DNA from: Pseudomonadota bacterium
GTDB taxonomy: Bacteria; Bdellovibrionota; UBA1018; CAIMNF01
Direction: 5' to 3'
DNA length: 64,000 nt
Assembly: GCA_027488515.1 (NCBI GenBank)
Contig: JAIYBN010000001.1
Span: forward strand, 811-64,810
Shown here piece after piece: positions 38,385-49,063 of this stretch; within the stretch, counting starts at the first letter, position 1, and the number at the start of each line of letters is the position of its first letter. A model generated the notes under the pieces. The model ran no database searches, was not told the DNA's origin, and saw only the letters and a list, made by a program, of their open reading frames with translations. The translations under genes and the position numbers were made by a program.

Positions 38385-40064
38385 TCAGGCGCGGGCACTT
38401 TCAATCAGGTCTTTGGCGTTTTTCAATGCGGCAGGCGTGAGCTTTTCGGATCCGAGCATTCGCGCAATCTCATCCCGGCGCTCGGCATCACTCAAGCACC
38501 GCACCTCGGTGACCGTACGACCTTTCGAAGATTGTTTGCTGATGGAAAGGTGGTGATCGGCGAAGCAGGCCACTTGGGGCACATGGGTGATGCACAACAC
38601 CTGGTTGTATCCGGCCACCGACTTCAATTTTTTCCCCACCGTGAAAGCGGTCTGTCCGCCCAATCCTGCATCGATCTCGTCGAACAGATAGACTCCGATG
38701 CCGCCCTTGTCCGCGATCACCCTCCGAATGGCCAGCATCAGACGGGACAATTCGCCACCGGAAACGATCTTCTGGATCGGCTTTTTCTCCTCACCGAGAT
38801 TCGTCCGGACCAGGAGCTCTGCTACGGTCCCCAGGGACTCGCCTCCCCACGAAGCGAGGTCATCCGAGAAAACGAGCGAAAATCCGACTTCGGCGTCCTG
38901 CATGCGGAGCTCTTTCAGCTCCTTGGAAACGGCCTTGCTGAGACCATCCGCTCCTTTTTTGCGCTTCTCGAAAAGTTCCTTTGCGAGCTTGAGAGCCACC
39001 TTCCTTTCCTCCCCGTACTCGCTCTCCAGCGAATCCAAACGGGTCGAAAGATGGGTCAGGAGATCGATTTCCTCACGGAGCTTCACCTGATACCCGATGA
39101 TTTCATCGAGGAGGTTTCCGTACTTCCGTTTCAGATTCGTGATCAAGCTCAGACGCTCCTGGACCTGCTCCAGGCGGTCCGGACTCAGGTCTGCGCGTGA
39201 GGTGTAAGCCCTCGATGCATGGGCGGCGTCTTCGACCTCGGCCAATGCCCTTTCGATCGAGGATTGGAGGGACTCGACACCCTCATCCATCTGACACAAG
39301 GACTTGACCTTGGAGAGTGCGATCCGGAGCGCATTGAGGGCTCCTTCCTCACCATCCAGAGCATCATGAACCTGGTTCGCAAGTGACATCCTTTGCCCGA
39401 CAGACTGCAGGAGGCGTTTTTCAGTCGCAAGGGTTTCGTCTTCTCCGGGAACCAAGGCCGCCGCTTCCAACTCCTCGAGTTGAAACTGCAAAAACGCGAG
39501 GCGCTGGACACGTTCCTCTTCCTTTTTCTTGAGCGACTCCCACTCTTCGAGCAAAGTCACGGTCTTGCGGTACTGGGTCGACGCTTTTTTCTGCAGATCT
39601 TCGATGCCGGAAAACCGGTCCAGAAGCGCGATCTGGACGACCGACTTGAAGAGTGACTGGTGTTCGTGTTGACCACACAGATCGATCAAATCCTCACAAA
39701 CCGTCGAGAGCATGTTCAAAGTCGCAAGTTGCCCGTTCAAGAAGATCCGGTTTTTCCCGCTCTTGCTGACTGTGCGCTTGATCAGCAATTCGTTTCCGTC
39801 GCATTCGATACCGATTTCCTGCAGCCGGACCTTGAGCCAGGGAAGTTGTTCAATGTCAAAATACCCTTCCACCACCGCCTCGTCCGCTCCTGAACGGATG
39901 GTCTCGCTGTTGGCACGTCCTCCGAGCAGAAGTGAAATCGCCTCGAGGACGATGGACTTCCCGGCGCCCGTTTCTCCGGACAGGATGTTGAGACCCCGCT
40001 CGAAGGGGATCTCGGCATTCTCGATCAGGGCGAAATTACGGATCTTGATGGTCTGGATCATCAC
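38385..40064 (-). CDS. recN: DNA repair protein RecN.
   Basis: N-terminal Walker A (GETGAGKS), a long coiled-coil middle, a C-terminal signature and D-loop. 559 aa. Confidence 0.93.
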   Translation of the reverse strand: MMIQTIKIRNFALIENAEIPFERGLNILSGETGAGKSIVLEAISLLLGGRANSETIRSGADEAVVEGYFDIEQLPWLKVRLQEIGIECDGNELLIKRTVSKSGKNRIFLNGQLATLNMLSTVCEDLIDLCGQHEHQSLFKSVVQIALLDRFSGIEDLQKKASTQYRKTVTLLEEWESLKKKEEERVQRLAFLQFQLEELEAAALVPGEDETLATEKRLLQSVGQRMSLANQVHDALDGEEGALNALRIALSKVKSLCQMDEGVESLQSSIERALAEVEDAAHASRAYTSRADLSPDRLEQVQERLSLITNLKRKYGNLLDEIIGYQVKLREEIDLLTHLSTRLDSLESEYGEERKVALKLAKELFEKRKKGADGLSKAVSKELKELRMQDAEVGFSLVFSDDLASWGGESLGTVAELLVRTNLGEEKKPIQKIVSGGELSRLMLAIRRVIADKGGIGVYLFDEIDAGLGGQTAFTVGKKLKSVAGYNQVLCITHVPQVACFADHHLSISKQSSKGRTVTEVRCLSDAERRDEIARMLGSEKLTPAALKNAKDLIESARA

Positions 40065-41017
40065 TTTCCTCCGAAGTTGAGTTTTTCACGCAGCAGGGAA
40101 AAATAATCGCGGTTGGGTGAGGTTACGATCTTGAGTTTGTGTTTTTTGAACCTCGAAATACGGATCAGATCCCCGTCCTTCAGGTCGAGGCCGTTCTGCC
40201 CGTCGAGGGTCAGGTAGACGTGACCGGGCATGGACTCAAGCATCAATTCGACATTCACATCGTCCGGAAGGACCAAAGTTCGCTGAGTCAGGCCGTGCGG
40301 ACAGATCGGTGTGAGCAACATGCACCCGAGATGGGGCATGACAATCGGACCGCCCGCTGCGAGCGAATAAGCGGTCGAACCGGTCGGAGTGCTGATGATC
40401 ATCCCGTCCGCACGGACCGTATTGGCCCACTCGCCGTTGACATTGATTTTCACCCCGATGATCCGTGCGATCGCACCCTTGGAAACCACCGCATCATTGA
40501 CCACCAGGTCCTTGAGCACGGTCTTGCCCTTCCGGATCACACTCACCTCGAGCATGACACGCTCTGAAATCGCAATGGATCCGGTGTTCAGGATCCGGTG
40601 GATGACATCGTGGAGCTCGTCCTTGCGGACTTCAGTGAGGAATCCGAGAGTACCCATGTTGATCCCGAGAATCGGGATACTCACGTCCTTCATCAGACGT
40701 GCCGCACTCAGATAAGTGCCGTCACCTCCGAGTACGACGATGAGATCGACCTTGCGGGCCAGCACCGACTTCTTGACCACTTTCAATTTACGGAAACGCT
40801 CGGACCCGAGCGAACGGAGCACTTTGGCACTCTCGTCACAGAAATAAACCTGGTAGCCCCGGTTGAGCAGGAGATCGGCCAACTCGAGAGACAAGGCAGC
40901 AGCCTCATTGTGATGGTGCTTGATGATGATTCCGAGACGCTGGACCTTGATCTTCATTTCTCCACGTTTTCTCCCAAATCCCGCCAAAATGCCACATTGA
41001 CAATCGGTTTTTGACAT
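40061..41017 (-). CDS. nadK: NAD(+) kinase.
   Basis: GGDGT motif (VVLGGDGTYL), NE/D short motif and DGxxxxTPTGSTAYSLSAGG motif. 4-nt overlap with recN. Confidence 0.92.
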   Translation of the reverse strand: MSKTDCQCGILAGFGRKRGEMKIKVQRLGIIIKHHHNEAAALSLELADLLLNRGYQVYFCDESAKVLRSLGSERFRKLKVVKKSVLARKVDLIVVLGGDGTYLSAARLMKDVSIPILGINMGTLGFLTEVRKDELHDVIHRILNTGSIAISERVMLEVSVIRKGKTVLKDLVVNDAVVSKGAIARIIGVKINVNGEWANTVRADGMIISTPTGSTAYSLAAGGPIVMPHLGCMLLTPICPHGLTQRTLVLPDDVNVELMLESMPGHVYLTLDGQNGLDLKDGDLIRISRFKKHKLKIVTSPNRDYFSLLREKLNFGGK

Positions 41018-41040
41018 AGGAAAACCTTGGGTACTGGGGG

Positions 41041-42732
41041 TTGATCATGCACCGCTTCATTGCTGGAATCGGTTCGATGCTGATCGGTCTGGGCATCGCC
41101 TGGACCGGGCCAACCCGTGCCAGCGCGGCTCCGGTCGAGCCGGACTGGTCCTCCACTGCACAAATCGATCCGGCCGGAAGACCGAATCCATATGGCTGGC
41201 CCGAGGGCGTTTTCGAAGAGAAAGTCCGCAAAGGTCGCCTGCACGCTCTTCAGTACCCGCTCGAGATCACCGGCCTCCTGGTCCCTGAGCGCCAATCCTT
41301 GCGTGTGCTCGATTCCAAGCCGGGTGACCCGCTTTTCGGACTGATGCGGTCCGCCTTGTCGCTCGGATCCGAATTCAAAGACTTCAAGGGATTCTGGAAA
41401 TGGCTCGGATTGCACGATTACCCCGAGCAAGAAGGGGAGATTCCCTTCCCGAAAGGCATCCGACCCGCTCTCCCGATGGGGGTCTCCTTGGTCGAGCGAG
41501 GCTCCATCCGGGGTGTGACCTTGAGCTGCGCAGCTTGTCACTCTGCGAAACTCTTCGGTCGTCCGATCCTCGGACTCACGAACCGCTTTCCACGGGCGAA
41601 CTCTTTCTTCATTCACGGAAAACAGGCCACCCGGTGGATCAAGCCCGGACTGTTCGCATCGATGACCGGAGCCAACCGTGAGGAAATCAAGATGTACACG
41701 GAGACCCGCGAGCGGATCGCCTCTGTCGGATTGAAAATGCCGGAGACTCTGGGACTCGACACCTCCCTCGCCCAGGTCGCCCTGTCTCTCGCCCGTCGGG
41801 CGGAAAGCCCTTGGGCCGAGCGTGATCCCGTGATTTCCGCCCGACCCCGCCCGAACCCCCTGGAAAAGGAAGTCGCAGACAGCAAGCCGGCTCCCTGGTG
41901 GACGGTGAAGTACAAGACCCGCTGGCTGTCAGACGGAAGCGTGATTTCGGGAAATCCGATCTTCACCAACTTCCTCTGGAACGAGATCGGGCGTGGCGCC
42001 GACCTGCCGGAACTCGTGCTTTGGATGGAGCAGAACCGGGGGATCATCGAAGACTTGACCACAGCGGTTTTCGCCACTCGAGCCCCCGAATGGAAAGAGT
42101 TCCTTTCGGCCTATCCGATCGACCTCGAGCGGGCCCGACGTGGCGAACGTCTTTACCGGGAATCCTGCGCCGGATGTCACGGACAATACGAAAAAAGCTG
42201 GAATGCCCCCGACTCCGGAACCACCATCGGGGTCCGCTATCCGACCCGCACCCGGATCAAGGATGTGGGAACCGATCCGGGGCGTCGCCTGGGCATGAAG
42301 GAACTGGCCCGCGCACTGAATCCACTTCGTTTTTCACAGCAGTACGACATCGTGATCGAGGAGCAAGCCGGATACGTGCCCCCTCCACTGGACGGAATCT
42401 TCGCCCGATTCCCCTACTTCCACAACAATTCCATCCCGAACCTGTGTGCCCTGATGACGCCTCCTGCGCACCGACCGAAAACCTATTACTCCGGAGAAGT
42501 CGAAGATCCTTCGAAACACTTTGATCCGGACTGTGTCGGGTATCCGGTCGGACCGAAAACCCCTCCGGAATGGCGTACCGCGAAGGATTCAGCCGAACAT
42601 CTGTTCGACACGGGCAGGCCGGGACTCTCCAATGACGGTCACTACCGGAAAATCTTCACCCGCGAGGACGGGAGTGAAAAATTCACGCCGATTCAGAAGC
42701 GTGACTTGATCGAGTTCCTGAAAACACTCTAA
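41041..42732 (+). CDS. Secreted diheme c-type cytochrome of 563 aa.
   Basis: Signal peptide and two CxxCH motifs (CAACH, CAGCH). Confidence 0.7.
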   Translation: MIMHRFIAGIGSMLIGLGIAWTGPTRASAAPVEPDWSSTAQIDPAGRPNPYGWPEGVFEEKVRKGRLHALQYPLEITGLLVPERQSLRVLDSKPGDPLFGLMRSALSLGSEFKDFKGFWKWLGLHDYPEQEGEIPFPKGIRPALPMGVSLVERGSIRGVTLSCAACHSAKLFGRPILGLTNRFPRANSFFIHGKQATRWIKPGLFASMTGANREEIKMYTETRERIASVGLKMPETLGLDTSLAQVALSLARRAESPWAERDPVISARPRPNPLEKEVADSKPAPWWTVKYKTRWLSDGSVISGNPIFTNFLWNEIGRGADLPELVLWMEQNRGIIEDLTTAVFATRAPEWKEFLSAYPIDLERARRGERLYRESCAGCHGQYEKSWNAPDSGTTIGVRYPTRTRIKDVGTDPGRRLGMKELARALNPLRFSQQYDIVIEEQAGYVPPPLDGIFARFPYFHNNSIPNLCALMTPPAHRPKTYYSGEVEDPSKHFDPDCVGYPVGPKTPPEWRTAKDSAEHLFDTGRPGLSNDGHYRKIFTREDGSEKFTPIQKRDLIEFLKTL

Positions 42733-44186
42733 GCGGCTCTTCTTTTCCCGAAACCCACCGCCAACATCAGAAAGAACATCGCATTGATGGCGATCAACTC
42801 CACACCGAGTCGATACCCGCCGAACCATAGTGCACTGTTCAGATCGAGAACAGCGGTGAGAGAGACGGATCCGAGACAGAGAAACGGTACCCGTGCCGGC
42901 TCGAGTCTCCAGGACGTGAAGATCCCGATACCGTATAGCCCGATCAGTGGACCGTAGGTGTACCCCGAGCACCGGAGCACCAGATCGATCAGGGAGCGTG
43001 CTTCGAGAGCGTGGATCACCAGGATGAGAAGCAGGATCACCACAGCTGCGAGGACATGGATCAGACGGACCGGAATCCTGTCCTTCAGTCTCTCCGGCAG
43101 AAGGTCGATCTCGATCGACGAGGCGATTGCAGGAAGAATCGTCCCGGCACTGCTGAAGGTCGCGGCTGAGAGACCTATCAGAAACATCATCGCGGCTCCT
43201 GTTCCGAGGGAACCGAGCGCCAGGGCGGGCAAAACCCGGTCGGAAGCAACCGCACCTCCGGCCAGGGTCGGAAGAGCCAGGTTACCGACCGCATAGGCTT
43301 CCCGGGTCAGTGCACCGAGAGCCATGAACACGAAATTCACGGCCACCATCACGAATGCCAGGGTGAACATGTTCTTCTGCGCTTCCTTGAGACTCCGGCA
43401 ACTCAGATTCATTTGCATGATGTTCTGATCGAGACCGTTCATGGAACTCGTGATGAGCATGCCACCGAACAGGGACTTCAGGAAAAAGTCCGGCTTCATC
43501 GGATCCCAGGTGAAAATCCTCGGTGCAGCAACGGCCTTCAAAGGATCGGGAGAGAGCTTCCAGAGAGCGACAAAAAGGAAGAAAACCGAGCCGAGAAGGA
43601 TCACCGACTGGTAAGCCTCGGTCCAAACCAGACTCTTGATGCCGCCCTTGTAGGTGTAGAGGACGATCAGGGCCATGGCGAGTGCGAAGGAGAATGTCGG
43701 ACTGAAGCCGAGCCCCCCGAGCAGGCACTGGTGCAGGATCATCACCGAGATGTAAAGCCGGGCCGCCGAGCCGAACGTCCGGGAAGCGATGAAAAGAAGT
43801 GACGCCGTCTTCTGGGCCGGAACCCCGAACCGTTCCCCGAGGTAGGAGTAGATCGAAATCAGATTCCGTCGGTAATACAGTGGCAACAGCACCGTCGTGA
43901 TGACCATGTACCCGAGGAAGTATCCGAGCACGATCTGGAAGTAGGAATACTCTTGGGAAAAGACGGAACCGGGTACTGAAACGAAGGTCACTCCGGAGAC
44001 CGAGTCACTGATCATCCCGAGGGTGATCAGCCACCAGGTGGAATCGTGATTGCCGATGTAGTAATCCGACAAGGTGGCCGACCGGGAGCGGTAGAAAGCC
44101 AGAAGAAGCAGGCTCACAAAATAGGCCGAAAGCGCCGCCAGTCCGAGGCCCGGATTCGAAAAACGGGTGAGTTCCATCATGGCCAC
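42729..44186 (-). CDS. Sodium:solute symporter family (SSF) transporter.
   Basis: About 13 TM helices and an SSF-like sequence. 485 aa. Confidence 0.75.
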   Translation of the reverse strand: MAMMELTRFSNPGLGLAALSAYFVSLLLLAFYRSRSATLSDYYIGNHDSTWWLITLGMISDSVSGVTFVSVPGSVFSQEYSYFQIVLGYFLGYMVITTVLLPLYYRRNLISIYSYLGERFGVPAQKTASLLFIASRTFGSAARLYISVMILHQCLLGGLGFSPTFSFALAMALIVLYTYKGGIKSLVWTEAYQSVILLGSVFFLFVALWKLSPDPLKAVAAPRIFTWDPMKPDFFLKSLFGGMLITSSMNGLDQNIMQMNLSCRSLKEAQKNMFTLAFVMVAVNFVFMALGALTREAYAVGNLALPTLAGGAVASDRVLPALALGSLGTGAAMMFLIGLSAATFSSAGTILPAIASSIEIDLLPERLKDRIPVRLIHVLAAVVILLLILVIHALEARSLIDLVLRCSGYTYGPLIGLYGIGIFTSWRLEPARVPFLCLGSVSLTAVLDLNSALWFGGYRLGVELIAINAMFFLMLAVGFGKRRAA

Positions 44187-44277
44187 AGTGTACGGTGGAT
44201 TCGCAATTATTCAACCGTTTTGATTGAAGAAAATTCCTCTTGTGCTTTACCTGAAAAAAAGGGATAACTCGCCTGCC

Positions 44278-45042
44278 ATGACGCCTTTTGAATCCAACAT
44301 CGACCGGAATGTCGACATCGTCGTCGCTCGAGACGTCTTCAAGACATTCGAGAGTTTCGAGGCTCTGAAAGGCATCAACCTCACCGTGAAAAAAGGTGAG
44401 GTGGTGGTGATCATCGGCCCTTCCGGATCCGGAAAGAGCACCTTCATCCGGACATTGAACCGCCTCGAGGGCTTTGACCGGGGCGAGATCGTGATCGACG
44501 GCGTCCGTCTCGAAGACGGTGCGAATCTCGACACCATCCGTCGCGAAGTCGGGATGGTTTTCCAGAATTTCAATCTTTTCCCCCACCTCACCGTCCTGCA
44601 GAACATCACTCTTGCACCCGTCAAGGTCCGGAAAATGGATCCTCAGGTCGCAGAGCGCCTCGCCATGGAACTGTTGAAGCGGGTCGGAATCGTGGAGCAG
44701 GCCCACAAGTATCCGGGCAGCCTCTCCGGTGGCCAACAACAGCGTGTGGCCATCGCCCGTGCACTCGCCATGCAACCCAAGGTGATGCTGTTCGACGAAC
44801 CGACTTCCGCACTCGACCCGGAGATGGTGAATGAGGTTCTCGCCGTGATGAAAGAACTCGCAGTTTCGGGAATGACCATGATCGTGGTCACTCACGAGAT
44901 GGGGTTCGCTCGAGAAGTGGCGGACCGGATCATCTTTTTCGACCAGGGACGGATCGTGGAAGAGGGCTCCCCTGACAAGATCTTCAAGACCCCCTCTGAA
45001 GAGCGCACCCGGGCTTTCCTCGGCCAGATTCTGAGCCACTGA
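44278..45042 (+). CDS. ABC transporter ATP-binding protein of the polar amino acid GlnQ/HisP type. The ORF could extend to 44224.
   Basis: Walker [10 protein letters not shown], signature [15 protein letters not shown], Walker [13 protein letters not shown]-loop. Confidence 0.85.
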   Translation: MTPFESNIDRNVDIVVARDVFKTFESFEALKGINLTVKKGEVVVIIGPSGSGKSTFIRTLNRLEGFDRGEIVIDGVRLEDGANLDTIRREVGMVFQNFNLFPHLTVLQNITLAPVKVRKMDPQVAERLAMELLKRVGIVEQAHKYPGSLSGGQQQRVAIARALAMQPKVMLFDEPTSALDPEMVNEVLAVMKELAVSGMTMIVVTHEMGFAREVADRIIFFDQGRIVEEGSPDKIFKTPSEERTRAFLGQILSH

Positions 45043-45082
45043 CTCGAACCGACCGTGGCACGGACCTTGAACCCTGACGGGC

Positions 45083-45961
45083 ATGGTACCGATCCACTAC
45101 ACGCATTGTCGCACTCTCTGCAAAGGTGACGCGGATTCCTTTTTCAAGGATCTCCCCGAAAGTGGTTTTTCCATTGTGGGAACCAGGTCCCCGCAGAGTC
45201 GATCGATCCGCCTGGTGGATGAAACCGTGGACTCTCTCAAAGGATCGGGATTGACCGTCATCTCCGGGCTCGCCCGTGGAATCGACGAAGCCGCCCACCG
45301 GGCCGCACTCCGGGCCGGTCTCCGGACTCTCGCCATTGTCGGTTCCGGCATCGATGTGGATTACCCCGCCGGTTCCGCCCGACTCAAAGAGGACATTGTG
45401 AACAGCGGAGGAATGATTCTATCCCCTTTTCCGGATGGAACACCTCCGTTACCGAGACATTTCCACGAGCGGAACCGCCTCATCGCCGAGTGGGCCCGGG
45501 CGGTTTGGGTGGTGGAAGGAGCTGCGGTCTCGGGAACCTTGAACACCGCTCAGTGGGCATCCAGGCTCGACCGTGATCTTTACGCCACACCGGCTTTTCC
45601 GGGTGATCCCTGCTTCAGCGGGAATGAAAAACTGCTTTCACGCTCCCGACCGGAACGCCATCCCTTCGCGCTACCCTTCTACGGAGTGAGCAGCCTTCTC
45701 GACACTTGGCCCGAACTGCTCGAACCTCAGAAGAGCTTCTTCCACTCACTTCCCGATCATCCCTTGGACCGACTGGTGACCCGACTCGAGTCCGAGTTCG
45801 GCGAATGCCGCCTTCCCCTGCTCCAGGAGCATTGGAGTCCGGACGATTGGAGCGGTTTCACCCGGGTGCTTCAGGAGGCGCTCGATGCAGGACGGATCAG
45901 GATCGAACCCACCGGCCAGATCCGGGTTCAACTCCCCTCTCAAACTCCCGGAAAATCCTGA
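45083..45961 (+). CDS. dprA: DNA-processing protein DprA/Smf.
   Basis: GLARGIDEAAHRAAL...LAIVGSGIDVDYP...ILSPFP...RNRLIA...VVEGAAVSGTLNTA motif series. Confidence 0.8.
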   Translation: MVPIHYTHCRTLCKGDADSFFKDLPESGFSIVGTRSPQSRSIRLVDETVDSLKGSGLTVISGLARGIDEAAHRAALRAGLRTLAIVGSGIDVDYPAGSARLKEDIVNSGGMILSPFPDGTPPLPRHFHERNRLIAEWARAVWVVEGAAVSGTLNTAQWASRLDRDLYATPAFPGDPCFSGNEKLLSRSRPERHPFALPFYGVSSLLDTWPELLEPQKSFFHSLPDHPLDRLVTRLESEFGECRLPLLQEHWSPDDWSGFTRVLQEALDAGRIRIEPTGQIRVQLPSQTPGKS

Positions 45962-47112
45962 ATACGAAGGACATCCCCCGGAGAGTGATCCACCGCCCTT
46001 TGGACCGCCCGCTCCAGCTCTCCGAGATTGCCCGGCCAATCCCGCGAAACCAGCCAGGAAAGGACCTCCCGGTCGATCGACTTCACCGGAACTCCACGGC
46101 GACGGCAAGCCCGCGAAAGGAAATACGGTAAAAGGTCCGACTCAAAATCCGCCGTCCGGTTCCGGAGTGGCAGCAGACCGAGCACCGAAGCGGTGAGTTT
46201 GTAATAAAGCTCGACATGAAACAGACCTTCGCGGACCTCACGGTCGAGATCCCGCGAACTGGTGGCGATGATCCTGAAGTCCGTCGGGAACAAGCGGACT
46301 CCGCCCACCCTCGAAAAACTCTCGGTCTCGAGCATGTTGAACACCGCATTCTGCGCCTCGATCGAAAGACTGTCGATCTCTTCGATGAACAGCGTCCCTC
46401 CTTGGGCCAGTTCGAAAACCCCCGGCTTGCTGAAGTGATTCACCGGACTCGCACCTTTTTCGACCCCGAACAACTCACTCAGCTGGAAGACCGGGGGGAG
46501 AGTGGCGCAAGAAACCTGGACGAACGCGTGCCGGGACCGGTCGGACTTTCTGTGGATTTCATAGGCCACGGACCGTTTGCCGGTACCGACCTCTCCTGAC
46601 ATCCAGACCGATGAGTCGGTTTTGGCAATCCTCTCCACTTCCTCACGCAAACGGATCGTGGAGGGCTCACGACCGAACAAAGGCACAGGCACCGGCCCGA
46701 CTCCGACCGCACTCATGATTTCCAGTGCGGGCTCGCGTCGCCTGAACCGGCGACTCTGGCAGGCTTTTTCGAGGGTCCGCAAAAGATCCCCGTGATCGAA
46801 AGGTTTCACCACGAAATCAAAGGCCCCCGCCTTGAGAGCAGAAACCGCTCGCTCGACGGTCGCGTAAGCCGTGAGCAGGATCACCGGAAGATCCGGGGTG
46901 TATTGATGACAATACTGTAGCACTTCCATGCCGTCATGATCGGGCATCTGAAGATCGGTGAGCACCGCCGCGAGATCCTCGGTGTCGATCACATTCTTGG
47001 CCTCTTCGAAGCCAGAGAATGCCACGGCGTCGTAACCGGCACGAACGAGCGTGGCCTCGAGAATCATCCTGAGATTGGATTCATCATCAATGATGACGAC
47101 CTTATCGCGCAT
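45940..47112 (-). CDS. NtrC-family (sigma-54-activator-like AAA+) response regulator that is atypical: it lacks the GAFTGA motif and the C-terminal HTH.
   Basis: Receiver domain, then an AAA+ domain (GEVGTGKRSVA, ELFG, WPGNLGELE). The region equivalent to GAFTGA reads GASPVNHFSKPG. The protein ends about 20 aa after the WPGN box. Confidence 0.75.
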   Translation of the reverse strand: MRDKVVIIDDESNLRMILEATLVRAGYDAVAFSGFEEAKNVIDTEDLAAVLTDLQMPDHDGMEVLQYCHQYTPDLPVILLTAYATVERAVSALKAGAFDFVVKPFDHGDLLRTLEKACQSRRFRRREPALEIMSAVGVGPVPVPLFGREPSTIRLREEVERIAKTDSSVWMSGEVGTGKRSVAYEIHRKSDRSRHAFVQVSCATLPPVFQLSELFGVEKGASPVNHFSKPGVFELAQGGTLFIEEIDSLSIEAQNAVFNMLETESFSRVGGVRLFPTDFRIIATSSRDLDREVREGLFHVELYYKLTASVLGLLPLRNRTADFESDLLPYFLSRACRRRGVPVKSIDREVLSWLVSRDWPGNLGELERAVQRAVDHSPGDVLRIQDFPGV

Positions 47113-49063
47113 CCGGATACCCCACTTCCACCCGGGTTCCTTGACCCGGCACCGATTCGAGTTTGAGCCATCCCCGGTCGAACCGGATCAGGCGTTCGCA
47201 AATGGAAAGTCCGAGTCCGGTCCCGTTACCCGAGGAGGTGAAAAAAGGCTCGAGCACCCTTGACCTGACCGCATCGCTCATCCCGATCCCGTTGTCCGTC
47301 ACCGAGAACCCCCCCGCCTCGACCCGAACAACAATCTCGGCATGTCGCACCCCTTCGAGGGCTTTGACCGAGTTCTGGATCAGATTGGAAAGAACCTGCT
47401 GGATGGAATCCGGAACGACCTCCACCGGAACCGGGTGATCCCGTCCCTCGAAACGGAGTTGAACCGTCGAAGGAACGAGGAATGCCGTGTTGGTGATCGC
47501 GCGGGGAAGAAGCGCACAGAGATCGATCCGTTGGCGACCGCCTTGGGGATTCCTCGAGAAATCCAGAAACTGCCCCACCAGCCGGTTCAACCGGGCGGTT
47601 TCATCTCGGATGACCTCGACGAAGGGGCCTGTGTCTTGAAGCAGGTCGGCCGCACCCCGGATGGATCCCAAGGGGTTCCGGATCTCGTGAGCCAGACCGG
47701 CCGCCATCTCTCCGAGAAGGATCAATCGCTCGCGTTCACGGACTTCACCGATCCGGGCCAAGCGGAAAACGTTGGCACCGAGTTCACTCATCAGTTCGGG
47801 AGCCGCCGGGAAGGGGAAAAAACGCTCGTCCGGACTCCACCGTCCGGCCGGAAGGCGGATGCGGATGAGTACGACGACTTTCTCGTTCGAATATGCAGGA
47901 AGGATCCCGTCAAAACCGGCCGCATCGAGATACTCGAGGATCATTTCGATCGGTCTACGACTCTCGCGGGTGTACAGTGCGTCCCGCTCCTGCTCGAGAA
48001 TTCCCCGGTGCAATACCGGAGGAAGCCCCTTCTCGCGGAGTTCGTAAAGGTAGGACTCCACATTTTCAGGCAAATCCACCCCTGCGGGATCGAGAGTGAT
48101 TTCCACCCTCTCGGCACCGTGGGTCTTCATGAAGAATTGCCTCAGGCCCTCCTGCAAGTCTTCCAGCGATGTCACTGCAGAGAGAAGGATCCGGAACCGG
48201 TCGACGGTCTCCTTCTCTTCGTCGTGTGTCCGTGGAAAGAGCTTACGACCGATGAAGCGGAAGAAAGTCACCAACGGACTCCAAAGAGCGAGTACCGCGA
48301 AGGAAATCAAAAAGGAATTGAGCAAGAACAGGGGAAACGACCTGCTGATCGTGTTGTACAAAAGGGCGAAAAATCCGGTCAGCACGAGGGACAGGGTGAG
48401 CACCGCCAGAAACCGTGACACCAGGGAGTCGAGTCCGAAAAGTTTTCTCGGATTGATGATCTGGCTCGCGAAACCCAGATACACGGCGAACAAGAGGTTG
48501 CCGATCGACGGAATCCCCGTCCCCATCCAAGGAATGTGGTCGAAGGTGCAGAAAGCAAGCGAGAGGATCGGCCCGAGATACAGGAACGTTTTCCGGCCTC
48601 TCGGTAGGTTTCCGGAGCCGGGTCCGGAACTCATTCGGGCTTCGAGGAAAAGCAGATGGAAGTACTCCAGCAGGATGAATGAAGGCCAGAATCCGGTCGC
48701 GAGCTTGAATGCCTCACCATGACCGAGAGAAAACGCGATCAGAAAACACAGCACCGCACCGCCGGCCAACGACATCAGAAAAAGGAGCCGACTGAAGGCA
48801 TCGACTTTCCGGACGAGAAAGCTCGACATGAGCAGTACCCCGGTCGGTGCGAGCAGTACGTTACAGAAAAGATGGATGTCGTAAGAAAGACGACCGAAAA
48901 GAGTCGCATGCGACACGAAACTCAGGGCCCAGACCGAGACGAGAAAGCACAGGAAGGAGAAGAGCACCGAAACCCGGTTCCTCCAGTGTCTGAAGAGGGT
49001 CCACACCCCGATCGTCAGGGCCACGAGACCGAGGATGAGGGAAGTCTGCTTCAACAATTCCAT
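47102..49063 (-). CDS. Sensor histidine kinase with a multi-TM (about 8 helices) N-terminal sensor domain.
   Basis: HisKA (LAHEIRNPL) and HATPase_c (GTGLGLSICERLI). It overlaps the downstream response regulator by 11 nt. Confidence 0.8.
   Translation of the reverse strand: MELLKQTSLILGLVALTIGVWTLFRHWRNRVSVLFSFLCFLVSVWALSFVSHATLFGRLSYDIHLFCNVLLAPTGVLLMSSFLVRKVDAFSRLLFLMSLAGGAVLCFLIAFSLGHGEAFKLATGFWPSFILLEYFHLLFLEARMSSGPGSGNLPRGRKTFLYLGPILSLAFCTFDHIPWMGTGIPSIGNLLFAVYLGFASQIINPRKLFGLDSLVSRFLAVLTLSLVLTGFFALLYNTISRSFPLFLLNSFLISFAVLALWSPLVTFFRFIGRKLFPRTHDEEKETVDRFRILLSAVTSLEDLQEGLRQFFMKTHGAERVEITLDPAGVDLPENVESYLYELREKGLPPVLHRGILEQERDALYTRESRRPIEMILEYLDAAGFDGILPAYSNEKVVVLIRIRLPAGRWSPDERFFPFPAAPELMSELGANVFRLARIGEVRERERLILLGEMAAGLAHEIRNPLGSIRGAADLLQDTGPFVEVIRDETARLNRLVGQFLDFSRNPQGGRQRIDLCALLPRAITNTAFLVPSTVQLRFEGRDHPVPVEVVPDSIQQVLSNLIQNSVKALEGVRHAEIVVRVEAGGFSVTDNGIGMSDAVRSRVLEPFFTSSGNGTGLGLSICERLIRFDRGWLKLESVPGQGTRVEVGYPDAR

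Noticed and set aside
44005-45084. 359-aa minus ORF.
   Set aside because: Antisense to the ABC ATPase gene, which has a perfect Walker A, signature and Walker B.
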